28,953 nt of DNA, taken from positions 1 through 28,953 of IMG/VR virus record IMGVR_UViG_3300044698_000200, one strand, 5' to 3'. Of the stretch, positions 16,391-23,983 are shown in pieces; the first letter of the stretch is position 1, and each line of letters opens with the position of its first letter. The translations under genes were made by a program, and so were the position numbers. Under the pieces are notes generated by a model. It worked only from the letters and a program-made list of their open reading frames with translations, was not told where the DNA came from and made no database searches. This stretch comes from a virus (lineage: Duplodnaviria > Caudoviricetes).

Positions 16391-16639
16391 ATGAGCCTGA
16401 AAATGCAACGACGACTAACGAGAGACGAAGTTAAGGACACTGCCGAGCGCATGCGCGACAGCTACAACGAAGTCATCGAGGCGATGAAAATCGATCATGA
16501 TGATGAGACGCTGTATTGGGCACTGCGTGAACTTGCTGGCTTAGCCCAGACGCTGGCCAGCGGGGCGCGCCCTGAAGATGTGCGCCCAATCGACGATGGG
16601 GGCGCGGTATGCGATGCCAGCTCTGCGGCCGCGTCCTAA
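16391..16639 (+). CDS. Hypothetical protein
   Basis: GAGGGAG RBS; 82 aa in the early operon. Confidence 0.65.
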   Translation: MSLKMQRRLTRDEVKDTAERMRDSYNEVIEAMKIDHDDETLYWALRELAGLAQTLASGARPEDVRPIDDGGAVCDASSAAAS

Positions 16640-16794
16640 AGAATGCAGCGAGTAAGTCGCGCGGCGTGGGTCCTGTCTGCGCCGCGCGACTTCTTAAAAA
16701 GAAACGCCGTCCGAAGGCGGCCAAGGTTTGGCGTTCGACTCGCAACAGCTTTGTGCAGGATGAGCGCCAATTGGAGTTACCGTTTCGATGTTAG
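16609..16794 (+). CDS. Small zinc-finger protein (DUF6011-like)
   Basis: RCQLCGRVL...S..RGVGPVC signature. Confidence 0.8.
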   Translation: MRCQLCGRVLKNAASKSRGVGPVCAARLLKKKRRPKAAKVWRSTRNSFVQDERQLELPFRC

Positions 16795-17075
16795 CTGACA
16801 CATATCGTCATCCCATTTTCGGACGTTGCCCGCCCGGGATAGTCGAGTCGCTCAAGAGGTATGTCGAGCGTCGTATACCTCCTGGAAGCTTCTTGATGGC
16901 TGTATTAGAAAATAATCTAATCGAGGCTGTGGGGCGCGCGGATATGATTAACGGCGCCAGTATCGCCGCAATCGTCGGTTATTGCTACAACGAGTTACCT
17001 CGCGATTGCTGGCAATCGCCCGCAGCCGTCAAGGCGTGGCTTGATGATGCAGAATACATCGAGGTTTCCGAATGA
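16788..17075 (+). CDS. Conserved-looking phage hypothetical protein
   Basis: PGSFLMAVLENNL..AVGRAD...P..CW.S...V..WL pattern; GGAG RBS; coupled to its neighbours. Confidence 0.75.
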   Translation: MLADTYRHPIFGRCPPGIVESLKRYVERRIPPGSFLMAVLENNLIEAVGRADMINGASIAAIVGYCYNELPRDCWQSPAAVKAWLDDAEYIEVSE

Positions 17076-17299
17076 ACGAAATAACGCGCTACATACATTG
17101 CAGCGAATGCGTGGAGGCAGTGACTCCAGGCAAAATTTCAGCCGGACTCACAACCCGCGGCATTCAGATTTGGTGCGACACACACGACTGCAATATTGTC
17201 CACTTCGACTTTGAGGGCAAGAAGCCGCTGACGTTCGTGAATTCGCAAGAGATTGCTCACAGATGCCCCGAGATTAGCATGCTCGAAGGCCATGAATAA
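17072..17299 (+). CDS. Small Cys/His metal-binding phage protein
   Basis: HCSEC...GLT..GIQIWCDTHDCNIVHFDFEG; GAGG RBS; ATGA overlap. Confidence 0.7.
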   Translation: MNEITRYIHCSECVEAVTPGKISAGLTTRGIQIWCDTHDCNIVHFDFEGKKPLTFVNSQEIAHRCPEISMLEGHE

Positions 17300-17313
17300 A
17301 AGAAGGCATTGAT

Positions 17314-17544
17314 ATGAGAGACAACGAACTATCGATATGGGTAATTTTCGACAGTCCAAAAGACTATGAAGGAAGCTTTGTTGTGCGTCGGCAAGTAGCG
17401 ACGGCGGGCTGTGTTTCGTGGGCCGTGCGCCCCGAGGCGGTGACTAGCAGCCTAGAGAATGCGCGCTTGCGAGTGCCGACTGGTCTCATCCGTATGGAGC
17501 GCGACCCAACCGACGACCCATGCATCGCAGAGGTATGGATGTGA
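17314..17544 (+). CDS. Hypothetical phage protein
   Basis: WVIFDSPKDY..FVVRR...R...PTGL....R...DDP.I.EVW pattern; AAGG RBS. Confidence 0.7.
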   Translation: MRDNELSIWVIFDSPKDYEGSFVVRRQVATAGCVSWAVRPEAVTSSLENARLRVPTGLIRMERDPTDDPCIAEVWM

Positions 17545-17807
17545 TTCACACGCTGCGCACCATCATCAGCCTGCATCCTGACTTCGTCGGGATGAGCGAG
17601 GCTCAGCATAAGATGCGCGCAGAGTGCCACATCCGCCGTGTAGACAGGTCGCAGCGCACAGTGCTCATGGTGACGGGGCGCGCGAGACGGACGGCTGACC
17701 CGAGCGTCGACAAGTACCGCGCGATGTACAGGGCAGCGATTGGCGCGTTTCCTGACCTTATTTTGACCGGCGAGATTCGCGCCGAGGATATGAGCGGATG
17801 GGATTGA
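17541..17807 (+). CDS. Hypothetical protein
   Basis: GTG 17541 with GAGGT RBS and GTGA overlap; fills the gap before xis. Confidence 0.5.
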   Translation: MIHTLRTIISLHPDFVGMSEAQHKMRAECHIRRVDRSQRTVLMVTGRARRTADPSVDKYRAMYRAAIGAFPDLILTGEIRAEDMSGWD

Positions 17808-17811
17808 GACC

Positions 17812-18111
17812 ATGGAAAATCTGATGACACCGAAGGAAGTCGCCACCAAGTTGCGGTGTTCTGTTCGTTGGCTGCGGGATAACGGGCCACCCCGCCACAT
17901 CATCGCCGGCAGGCCAAAGTATTTGCCGTCAGAAGTTGATAGATGGGTGCGCAGTCAGGGGGGACGAGACGATGAGACGACAAAATGGGACTCTACAAAA
18001 GAGACAACTCGAGCGTCTGGTGGTGTTGCTTCACCGTCGCGGGGCACCGGGTACGGCGGAGCTGTGGCACGGAAGACCGCCGCGCGGCTCAGGCAGTTGA
18101 GCGCGCACTAA
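17812..18111 (+). CDS. xis: Excisionase-like HTH (recombination directionality factor)
   Basis: LMTPKEVATKLRCSVRWLR..GPP....G...Y..SEVDRWV; directly upstream of and overlapping the integrase. Confidence 0.8.
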   Translation: MENLMTPKEVATKLRCSVRWLRDNGPPRHIIAGRPKYLPSEVDRWVRSQGGRDDETTKWDSTKETTRASGGVASPSRGTGYGGAVARKTAARLRQLSAH

Positions 18112-19070
18112 GGGCAGAAATAGAATCAAAAGCACCGGCGAAACGGACTCGTAACGCGGTCACGCTGGCGGTGTTGGCTGGACTCGACGTCGAGCGCGCG
18201 ATAGCTCTTGGCGCAGATGAAAAGACTCGCATCCCGACCATTGAGCACGAGTGGTCGCGTGTTATTCGTGTGCTTGGCGACGTCCACCCGCGCGTTGTTA
18301 CCGAGTCGTCGTTAAACGCCTACGTCTCCGAGCGCCGCAAGTCCGGCGTGTCGAGCAGTACGATCAGGCGCGAATTACGCGGACTGCGGCGCGGACTTGA
18401 AATTGCACAGCGCAACGGCTGGGTTATCGCCCTGCCCCGTTTTCCTGATGTTGGTCGACACATTCCGACGGCGCGCGGGCGCGGCAAGCTGCACGACCCA
18501 AACATCTTGCGCGAGTGGTTTCTGGCGATCGAGTGCGACGAGACTCGCGATGAGGCGATGATGGCGCTACTCACGGGCATGCGGTCCGCCGAGATTAAGC
18601 GCCTACGGCCCTCGTGGGTCGAGCTTACGCCGCCTGGGTCATCGGTCCCGGCCATGCTTCGGGTGCCGGCCACGGACGCAAAGAGCCGCAAAGAGCGCAT
18701 TGCAGGTCTCCCTGAGGCTGTGCTGGCAATCGTGCGTGCGCGCGCGACCGAGGCCGATGCTCCCATCTTCTCCGGCGCCGACCACAAAAAGGAGCGGGCC
18801 GGCGCATGTCGGCGAATCGGCTATCAGCGCTCGATTACGTTGCGCGACTTGCGCCATACCCACGCGACGCTAGCGGCCGTCGCGACGGGCGATGCCGCGG
18901 CGGTGCAATCTGCGCTTGGGCACAGCGACCTCGCGACGACTCAGAGATACCTGAGCACAACGCTCGCGCGTACCGCTAGCGTGGCCGCCGCGGTGTCCCT
19001 AGAGCTGGCCGCTGTGGCTACTTGCCACATAGGCGCAGCCACACCCAATTTAGACACCGAAAAACGTTGA
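17985..19070 (+). CDS. int: Tyrosine integrase
   Basis: Arm-binding N-terminus MGLYKR...WW..F...G.R.R.S.GT; catalytic LLTGMRSAE (R), AKS (K), RDLRHT (R in place of the first H), LGH and TQRY (Y). Confidence 0.93.
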   Translation: MGLYKRDNSSVWWCCFTVAGHRVRRSCGTEDRRAAQAVERALRAEIESKAPAKRTRNAVTLAVLAGLDVERAIALGADEKTRIPTIEHEWSRVIRVLGDVHPRVVTESSLNAYVSERRKSGVSSSTIRRELRGLRRGLEIAQRNGWVIALPRFPDVGRHIPTARGRGKLHDPNILREWFLAIECDETRDEAMMALLTGMRSAEIKRLRPSWVELTPPGSSVPAMLRVPATDAKSRKERIAGLPEAVLAIVRARATEADAPIFSGADHKKERAGACRRIGYQRSITLRDLRHTHATLAAVATGDAAAVQSALGHSDLATTQRYLSTTLARTASVAAAVSLELAAVATCHIGAATPNLDTEKR

Positions 19071-19239
19071 ACTTTTAGTCCTAGACTCCCGGCCTTCTAA
19101 GCCGAGGGTCGCAGGTTCGAGCCCTGCCGGACGCGCCAATTCATTGGGGTTTTTCGACTTACCCCCAGCACAAGCGGCACTCAAAGGCGCCCAAAGGCAG
19201 GCGATATACGTTGGTGGTTGCCACAGGGGGTAGCCACAG
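19013..19239. mobile_element. attP: core equal to the 3' half of tRNA-Arg(TCT) at 19090-19138, flanked by paired GCCACA arm-type repeats
   Basis: CGGC-CTTCTAA-GCCG anticodon arm, GGGTC variable loop, GCAGG-TTCGAGC-CCTGC T-arm, CGGACGC-G-CCA; no D-arm or 5' acceptor strand. GCCACA at 19024, 19038, 19220 and 19233, inverted copy at 19013. Phage genes lie on both sides. Confidence 0.88.
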
Positions 19240-19325
19240 CGACTGGATAGATATGCATGCGGTGGCCTTGACGCGCCGATCCATCCGTGATCAACGGCGG
19301 GCGACTCATAAAATGGGAGGTACAT

Positions 19326-19541
19326 ATGTATGTGTATGTGGTGGAGAATCTGACCGGCGTCGTCGGCTACTTCGACTCATGGGAGAAAGCTCAGAAGGCC
19401 GTCGACGTCTTGTGCTCGCTGACATCGCGGGCGCACAAGCAAAACGACCTGTCGATTGTTGAATCGCCGTTCAATGAAATACTCGACTACGACCGGCCGC
19501 CGTGTGCGTACGCCGAGAGCGAGCAGATGGCATTTTCTTGA
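19326..19541 (+). CDS. Small hypothetical protein
   Basis: GGGAGG RBS before ATG 19326; 71 aa. Confidence 0.7.
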   Translation: MYVYVVENLTGVVGYFDSWEKAQKAVDVLCSLTSRAHKQNDLSIVESPFNEILDYDRPPCAYAESEQMAFS

Positions 19542-19662
19542 GCGGCGTGCAATTTTGGTGTTGTGTTTTGCACGCTGCGTGATATCATCTATGTATAACG
19601 AGTTGCCGAGGCAGGTTGCAGCCCGCCCCGGCAGCACAACAAACCTGGATAAGAGGTTCGTC

Positions 19663-20538
19663 ATGCAAGAACAGAGTATCAGCCAAGATGCTATCGACGC
19701 TATCGCAAAACAATTGCCGGATGATGTCGACATCGACCACTGCACCATCACCACCGGAGCAGAGATAGCTGAGCTGCAGCGTGCTGAGGCCGACGCCGTA
19801 GTAGTCATTCTGCCCGGATACTTTGCGCGCGATCGGAATGATGCGGCCGATGAGACACACTACCCGCTTGCCGATTCAGCCAAAGAGGCGGCACAAGAAT
19901 TGGTCGACGATTCAGGCATCGACGCCGCCGATGGTAAAACGACGTGGGTAAACGTAGAGGTCAACAAGACGGTGATCTATCAAGATCGACTCGGCGATAT
20001 CTACGAACTAGCCATAGGCAGCACATACCACACCATCGCGATCGATCCGGACGAGCCGGAGTGTATCGACGAATATACGGAACATGACTGGGAATCGCCA
20101 CACGAGCTGCTGGGCGGGCTCAAAGAGAACCCCGGCGTCCAAGGCCACGGCGGCGGAGTCGTGATCACCGAGGTGTGCGCCCACTGCGGGATGTACCGCG
20201 ATACGGACACATGGGCGCAGAACCCCGAGAATGGCGAGCAGGGTCTGACGTCGGTCGAGTATCGCGACGCGGACGATGCATCACTAGAGTGGCTGCCACG
20301 ACAGTGTCAGTGCTGCGAATATGACGGCGGCGGCGAAGCCTGCAGCGGGCGAGCGCCGCGCGGCGAAATGGTAGTAGTCCAATATATCCCAAAGGTAGAT
20401 CGCGACACTGCGCGCGCGGCGCGCAACACAGATGGGCTAGTGGCCGAGCTACGGTGCATGGAAGATTGCGCCGACCGGCTCGTCGAATACGACGGGCCTG
20501 AGTGGGCGTGGGTTGAGGAGGCAGAAGACAATGACTGA
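19663..20538 (+). CDS. Highly acidic multi-domain protein with Cys/His clusters, function unknown
   Basis: AAGAGG RBS before ATG 19663; D/E-rich; EPEC..HDW, ENPGV.GHGGG, CAHCG and CQC..C...C..C motifs. Confidence 0.8.
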   Translation: MQEQSISQDAIDAIAKQLPDDVDIDHCTITTGAEIAELQRAEADAVVVILPGYFARDRNDAADETHYPLADSAKEAAQELVDDSGIDAADGKTTWVNVEVNKTVIYQDRLGDIYELAIGSTYHTIAIDPDEPECIDEYTEHDWESPHELLGGLKENPGVQGHGGGVVITEVCAHCGMYRDTDTWAQNPENGEQGLTSVEYRDADDASLEWLPRQCQCCEYDGGGEACSGRAPRGEMVVVQYIPKVDRDTARAARNTDGLVAELRCMEDCADRLVEYDGPEWAWVEEAEDND

Positions 20539-21424
20539 CCGCATTTGGATCCTCGGGGCACCAGATCCCGAAATGGAAGCAATCGAGCGCCTCTTGACCG
20601 AGCACGGCGAGACGGTCGTGTATGCGACGCGCGGCGGTGACCGCGTGCATCCCGCGACGGCGTACCATGCCGACCCGCCTGCAGGTGATGGCGAGGTCAC
20701 CGCCGTGGAGTGCGGGTGGGACGGCACCCAGCCCAGCGCGGTGGTAGACCATCATCGGCCTGGGGATCCAGGCTACGGGCGCGTGCCAGGAGAGTTCCTC
20801 GGCGCGTCGTCGATCGGACAGGTGTTGGCCAAACTCGCGCGGCGCGGGAAGGGGCCAGCCGAACGAATACCATGGATGGTCCAGGGAGTAGCGGGCACAC
20901 TACTCCCACCATATGCACCGCCAGGAGCAGATGATCCAGACTGGTGGGTCTATACAGCGGAGTATGAGATAGGGCGAGTGCCGACGGACATCGTGCTTGC
21001 TGCTGCAGCGGATCACTGCCTGGCTCACGCCTACGCGGGACGATGCCCGGGCGTCGATCCAGACAAGCTAATGGCGTGGCGCGTGCAATCGCGAGCAGTA
21101 TTCCAGCGCCGAGAGCCAACGCAGATAATGGCATGGGTAGAAGAGGCTCGAGAAGCGCTGCGTGCTGCGCCTCGCCTCACCCTCGGCGAGCATGATGTCG
21201 CCGACATGCGCGGCCCCGTCGTGAAGGAGATCCCCGAGGCGGCCGCGCGCGATGGCGTGGCGTACGTCTCCGGACCGCTGCGCTCGCCGGACGGGCGAGA
21301 CAAGTACACGTGCAGTGGACCGGCCGAGGTCGTCGAGGCATTCCTTGCGGCCGCCGACAGGTTCGAACTCGTGGACACGTACGGCGACCCAGCACGCGGG
21401 TTCGCAGGAGGCTACCGCCAGTGA
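20531..21424 (+). CDS. DHH-superfamily phosphoesterase-like protein (NrN-like motif order)
   Basis: ILGAPDPEMEAIERLL...VECG...VVDHH...SSIGQVL...AAAADH...C-terminal YGDP.RGFAGGY; GAGGAGG RBS. Confidence 0.6.
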   Translation: MTDRIWILGAPDPEMEAIERLLTEHGETVVYATRGGDRVHPATAYHADPPAGDGEVTAVECGWDGTQPSAVVDHHRPGDPGYGRVPGEFLGASSIGQVLAKLARRGKGPAERIPWMVQGVAGTLLPPYAPPGADDPDWWVYTAEYEIGRVPTDIVLAAAADHCLAHAYAGRCPGVDPDKLMAWRVQSRAVFQRREPTQIMAWVEEAREALRAAPRLTLGEHDVADMRGPVVKEIPEAAARDGVAYVSGPLRSPDGRDKYTCSGPAEVVEAFLAAADRFELVDTYGDPARGFAGGYRQ

Positions 21425-21870
21425 CGCAGCGAAAAAATCTACAGCTAGACGACGACGCAGCCGCGACGCTCGATGACATTGCCACCGCCGGCGGCGCACA
21501 AGGCGATTATGTGTCGAATCTCATCCGCGAGGCGAACATGCGCTGGCGCACGGCCTACCGTGTCGCGATGGCTGCCGAGATTATGGGCGCCGCCTTGCTC
21601 GCCGCATGCGACGCGCTGAACGGACACAATGATCTAGCGCTGTATGGCGAACTACCCTCGCTCGAGACACCCGGCGCCATCGCGATGGAGCTGCGCGACG
21701 CTCCACCGATGGACGAAAAATGGGAGCTTCAGCCTGGCGAGTGGCGACGGCTCATCGAGCTAGTGCGCGGCAACGCGGGCATCGCCGACGCCGTAAGCAC
21801 CATCGCCGCCGAATTCTGGCGCGGCAACTCCAGTCTTGAGGCGCGGTTGCGCGGCCGCGAAGACGACTAG
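21421..21870 (+). CDS. Putative RHH-type regulator with a helical C-terminal domain
   Basis: GTGA overlap. N-terminus RKNLQLDDDAAATLDDIA...YVSNLIRE fits strand-helix-helix; last gene of the accessory operon. Confidence 0.55.
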   Translation: MTQRKNLQLDDDAAATLDDIATAGGAQGDYVSNLIREANMRWRTAYRVAMAAEIMGAALLAACDALNGHNDLALYGELPSLETPGAIAMELRDAPPMDEKWELQPGEWRRLIELVRGNAGIADAVSTIAAEFWRGNSSLEARLRGREDD

Positions 21871-21916
21871 GCGCCCAGTCGCCTAGCGCACTAAGCTCTT
21901 GATCTGCTAGTCGCCT
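21861..21916. repeat. 8-bp tandem units (RRNCGYYY-like) upstream of parA, putative centromere/operator
   Basis: AGACGACT AGGCGCCC AGTCGCCT AGCGCACT AAGCTCTT GATCTGCT AGTCGCCT in register. Confidence 0.65.
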
Positions 21917-21934
21917 CGTGATCTACGACGGCTC

Positions 21935-22597
21935 ATGAAAATCGCACTCGCCGGACAAAAAGGCGGCAGCGGCAAGACCACCACCGCCATCGCCATCGCC
22001 ACCGAGCTGCAGCGTCGCGGGCACACCGTGCTACTCGTCGACGCCGACCCGCAGGGCTCGACCCGCACGTGGGCTGCAGTCGCTGCCGAGGCTGGGCACC
22101 CCACCCCCACTGTCATCGCCATGGGCGCGACGATGCATCGGCCGGGGCAGCTCGACAGCATCGCCGCAGGCTACGACGTCACGATCATCGACTGCCCGCC
22201 GCGCCACGGCGACATCATGAAGTCAGCACTCATGGTCGCTGACCTCGCGGTGCTGCCGTGCGGTCCGTCGGCAATCGACGGGTGGGCGCTCGCTGAATCG
22301 ATCGAGGTCGTCACCGAGGCGCAAATCTACCGACCGCACCTGCAGGCCTGCGTGCTCATCACGAGGCGCACTCGCACGACGCTCGGCGATGATGCACGTG
22401 ACGCGCTCGCCGCGTCCGGACTGCCAGTGCTCACGACCGAGCTCGGCGCGCGCGTCGCTTACCAGGCTGCGCCAGCGCTGGGGCGCGGCATCACTGCCTA
22501 CGAGCCTCGTGGCGCCGCCGCCGCCGAGATATCAGCCCTTGTTGATGAACTGCAGGAGTTTGCGAATGTCGAAGAAACCCGCTCTAACGCTGCGTAA
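21935..22597 (+). CDS. parA: ParA partition ATPase, short type Ib (ParF-like)
   Basis: Deviant Walker A QKGGSGKTT, VDADPQGS and IIDCPP motifs; 220 aa with no N-terminal HTH. Confidence 0.93.
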   Translation: MKIALAGQKGGSGKTTTAIAIATELQRRGHTVLLVDADPQGSTRTWAAVAAEAGHPTPTVIAMGATMHRPGQLDSIAAGYDVTIIDCPPRHGDIMKSALMVADLAVLPCGPSAIDGWALAESIEVVTEAQIYRPHLQACVLITRRTRTTLGDDARDALAASGLPVLTTELGARVAYQAAPALGRGITAYEPRGAAAAEISALVDELQEFANVEETRSNAA

Positions 22598-22841
22598 ACC
22601 GCCGTCCATTGATGACTTCGTCGCTGGGGCGCCTAGGCTCTCAGTCGCCCAGACGCCTGAACGTTCAGACGCTCAGGCGCCTAAGTCGGTCATCACGCGA
22701 GCTGATGGGCGCGAGCTTCGCAAGCTCACCGTCTACCTGCCTGCTGAATTAGCACAGCGCGTCCGCATCCACTGCGTCACGCATGACATTGACATCAGCG
22801 CTTATCTTGCACGATTAACCACAGAGTCTTTAGGCGTCTGA
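22566..22841 (+). CDS. Centromere-binding protein, RHH type (ParG/CopG-like)
   Basis: ATG 22566 with AGGAG RBS; flexible N-terminus with DDFV; C-terminal RKLTVYLPAELAQRVRIHC....IS RHH; overlaps the end of parA. Confidence 0.8.
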   Translation: MSKKPALTLRKPPSIDDFVAGAPRLSVAQTPERSDAQAPKSVITRADGRELRKLTVYLPAELAQRVRIHCVTHDIDISAYLARLTTESLGV

Positions 22842-23009
22842 GCGCCCGAGCGCCTAGCCATTCGCTGATATATTCTGCTCGGCCTTGCTCTTTGAGCCAC
22901 GCCAGCAGCGCCTTCGCCGCGCCGTGCGAGCATTCCTGTTTGTCGCATCTACTGTCGCACGCGGTCGCTTCGCGTCTGGCCATCTGGACGACTAGACGCT
23001 CAAACGCCC
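22627..23009. repeat. Further 8-bp unit arrays: 22627-22682 (7 units, inside the RHH gene), 22832-22855 (3), 22986-23009 (3)
   Basis: GGGCGCCT AGGCTCTC AGTCGCCC AGACGCCT GAACGTTC AGACGCTC AGGCGCCT; AGGCGTCT GAGCGCCC GAGCGCCT; GGACGACT AGACGCTC AAACGCCC. Confidence 0.7.
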
Positions 23010-23052
23010 AACCGTTGTACGCAAATTTTGCGGTTTGATTCCAGTTTCTCAT
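22795..23052 (-). CDS. Hypothetical protein at the end of the late operon (3' end overlaps the par locus)
   Basis: GAGG RBS and ATGA overlap with the endolysin stop; no recognised motif. Confidence 0.35.
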   Translation of the reverse strand: MRNWNQTAKFAYNGWAFERLVVQMARREATACDSRCDKQECSHGAAKALLAWLKEQGRAEYISEWLGARALRRLKTLWLIVQDKR

Positions 23053-23444
23053 ACCTCGCTTGTCTCTCGGTAGCCTCGAAAAAGCTCGAAGTGCGGTCCA
23101 TCCTTGAACGTCACCCAATCACCTCCCCAGGCGATCGGCACAACGACGGCTTTCGATGCTGCTTTCATCGCCGTGGCGACGCGCTCAAACTGCGTCCAGT
23201 CATCCCATGGCACACGCCCGTCGACCCACGGGGCCAGGTCGACCGCGTCGCCGGTGAGGTGGCGGCTGTGCATCGTCGTGCTGTAACCGCGCTCGACAAG
23301 CTTTTGCTGTCGTTTCCTACTCCGTAGGCCTTCTAAAACCATGAAATCGACCGTCGAAATACGCAGCGCGTAGCGCACGACAAGCACAAGGGCGCCGTGC
23401 ACGCCGACGAGATTAGACTCGCTGCGCCGCGAAAACACAAACAT
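23049..23444 (-). CDS. Endolysin, peptidase M15 (L-Ala-D-Glu peptidase type)
   Basis: EGLRS..RQ..L...G.S.TM.SRHLTG.AVD and WGGDW..FKDGPHFEL zinc-peptidase motifs. Confidence 0.93.
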   Translation of the reverse strand: MFVFSRRSESNLVGVHGALVLVVRYALRISTVDFMVLEGLRSRKRQQKLVERGYSTTMHSRHLTGDAVDLAPWVDGRVPWDDWTQFERVATAMKAASKAVVVPIAWGGDWVTFKDGPHFELFRGYRETSEV

Positions 23445-23983
23445 CAGAACACCTCGTCGCCGAGAACGTGCTTTGACTTGCCGAGCCAGACAGCGTCGCC
23501 CTCGATGCGGTGCTTGCTCATTGCGTTGGCGATGACATCAACCGGGCGCTGCGTATGCAGCCAAATCACGGAGCCTCGACTGTTGCTGACTTTCTTGCCT
23601 TCGTCTCGCCGGCGCCGTTGCTCTGGGCCCCAAAATTGATGCCGGCCTGCCAAGAAAATTGCGTCTGTCGCGTGCTGGAACAAGACACGCGCCCATGGGA
23701 CTGAGGTGTCATTGCTCGTCAAGCATGCCCATTGCGCTCCGCGCACGCGTGCAAGGCGGTTCACCCACGGGGCCGGATTCGAAAACGGCGGGTTCATCCA
23801 AATAGACCGCGCCATCCAGAGGCGTTCGAGGCCGTCATGGTTGATCGTGTAGAACGCGTTGGCCCTCACGATCTGGTTGGCCTCAAGGCTCGAGCATGGG
23901 TCGAGATCAAATGCCTTGATGCCGAGAGCATCGAGCGCAAAATTGATAAAGCTTTCCGGTGTGTAATTTTCGTCCGTCGACAT
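23444..23983 (-). CDS. Phage DNA N6-adenine methyltransferase (Dam-like)
   Basis: YTP, FDLDPCS, DGL...W and catalytic WMNPPFS motifs. Confidence 0.85.
   Translation of the reverse strand: MSTDENYTPESFINFALDALGIKAFDLDPCSSLEANQIVRANAFYTINHDGLERLWMARSIWMNPPFSNPAPWVNRLARVRGAQWACLTSNDTSVPWARVLFQHATDAIFLAGRHQFWGPEQRRRRDEGKKVSNSRGSVIWLHTQRPVDVIANAMSKHRIEGDAVWLGKSKHVLGDEVF

Noticed and set aside
18838-18860. Inactive integrase because HxxR reads RDLR
   Set aside because: The first His is known to vary in tyrosine recombinases; R, K, R, H and Y are present and attP looks intact.
19060-19138. Complete tRNA-Arg gene
   Set aside because: Only the anticodon arm, T-arm and 3' acceptor strand are present. 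There is no D-arm or complementary 5' GCGTCCG, so it is an att core.
11230-23009. CRISPR array in the 11-bp, 8-bp or 60-bp repeats
   Set aside because: The units are tandem and degenerate, lack unique spacers, and are often coding. No cas genes are present.
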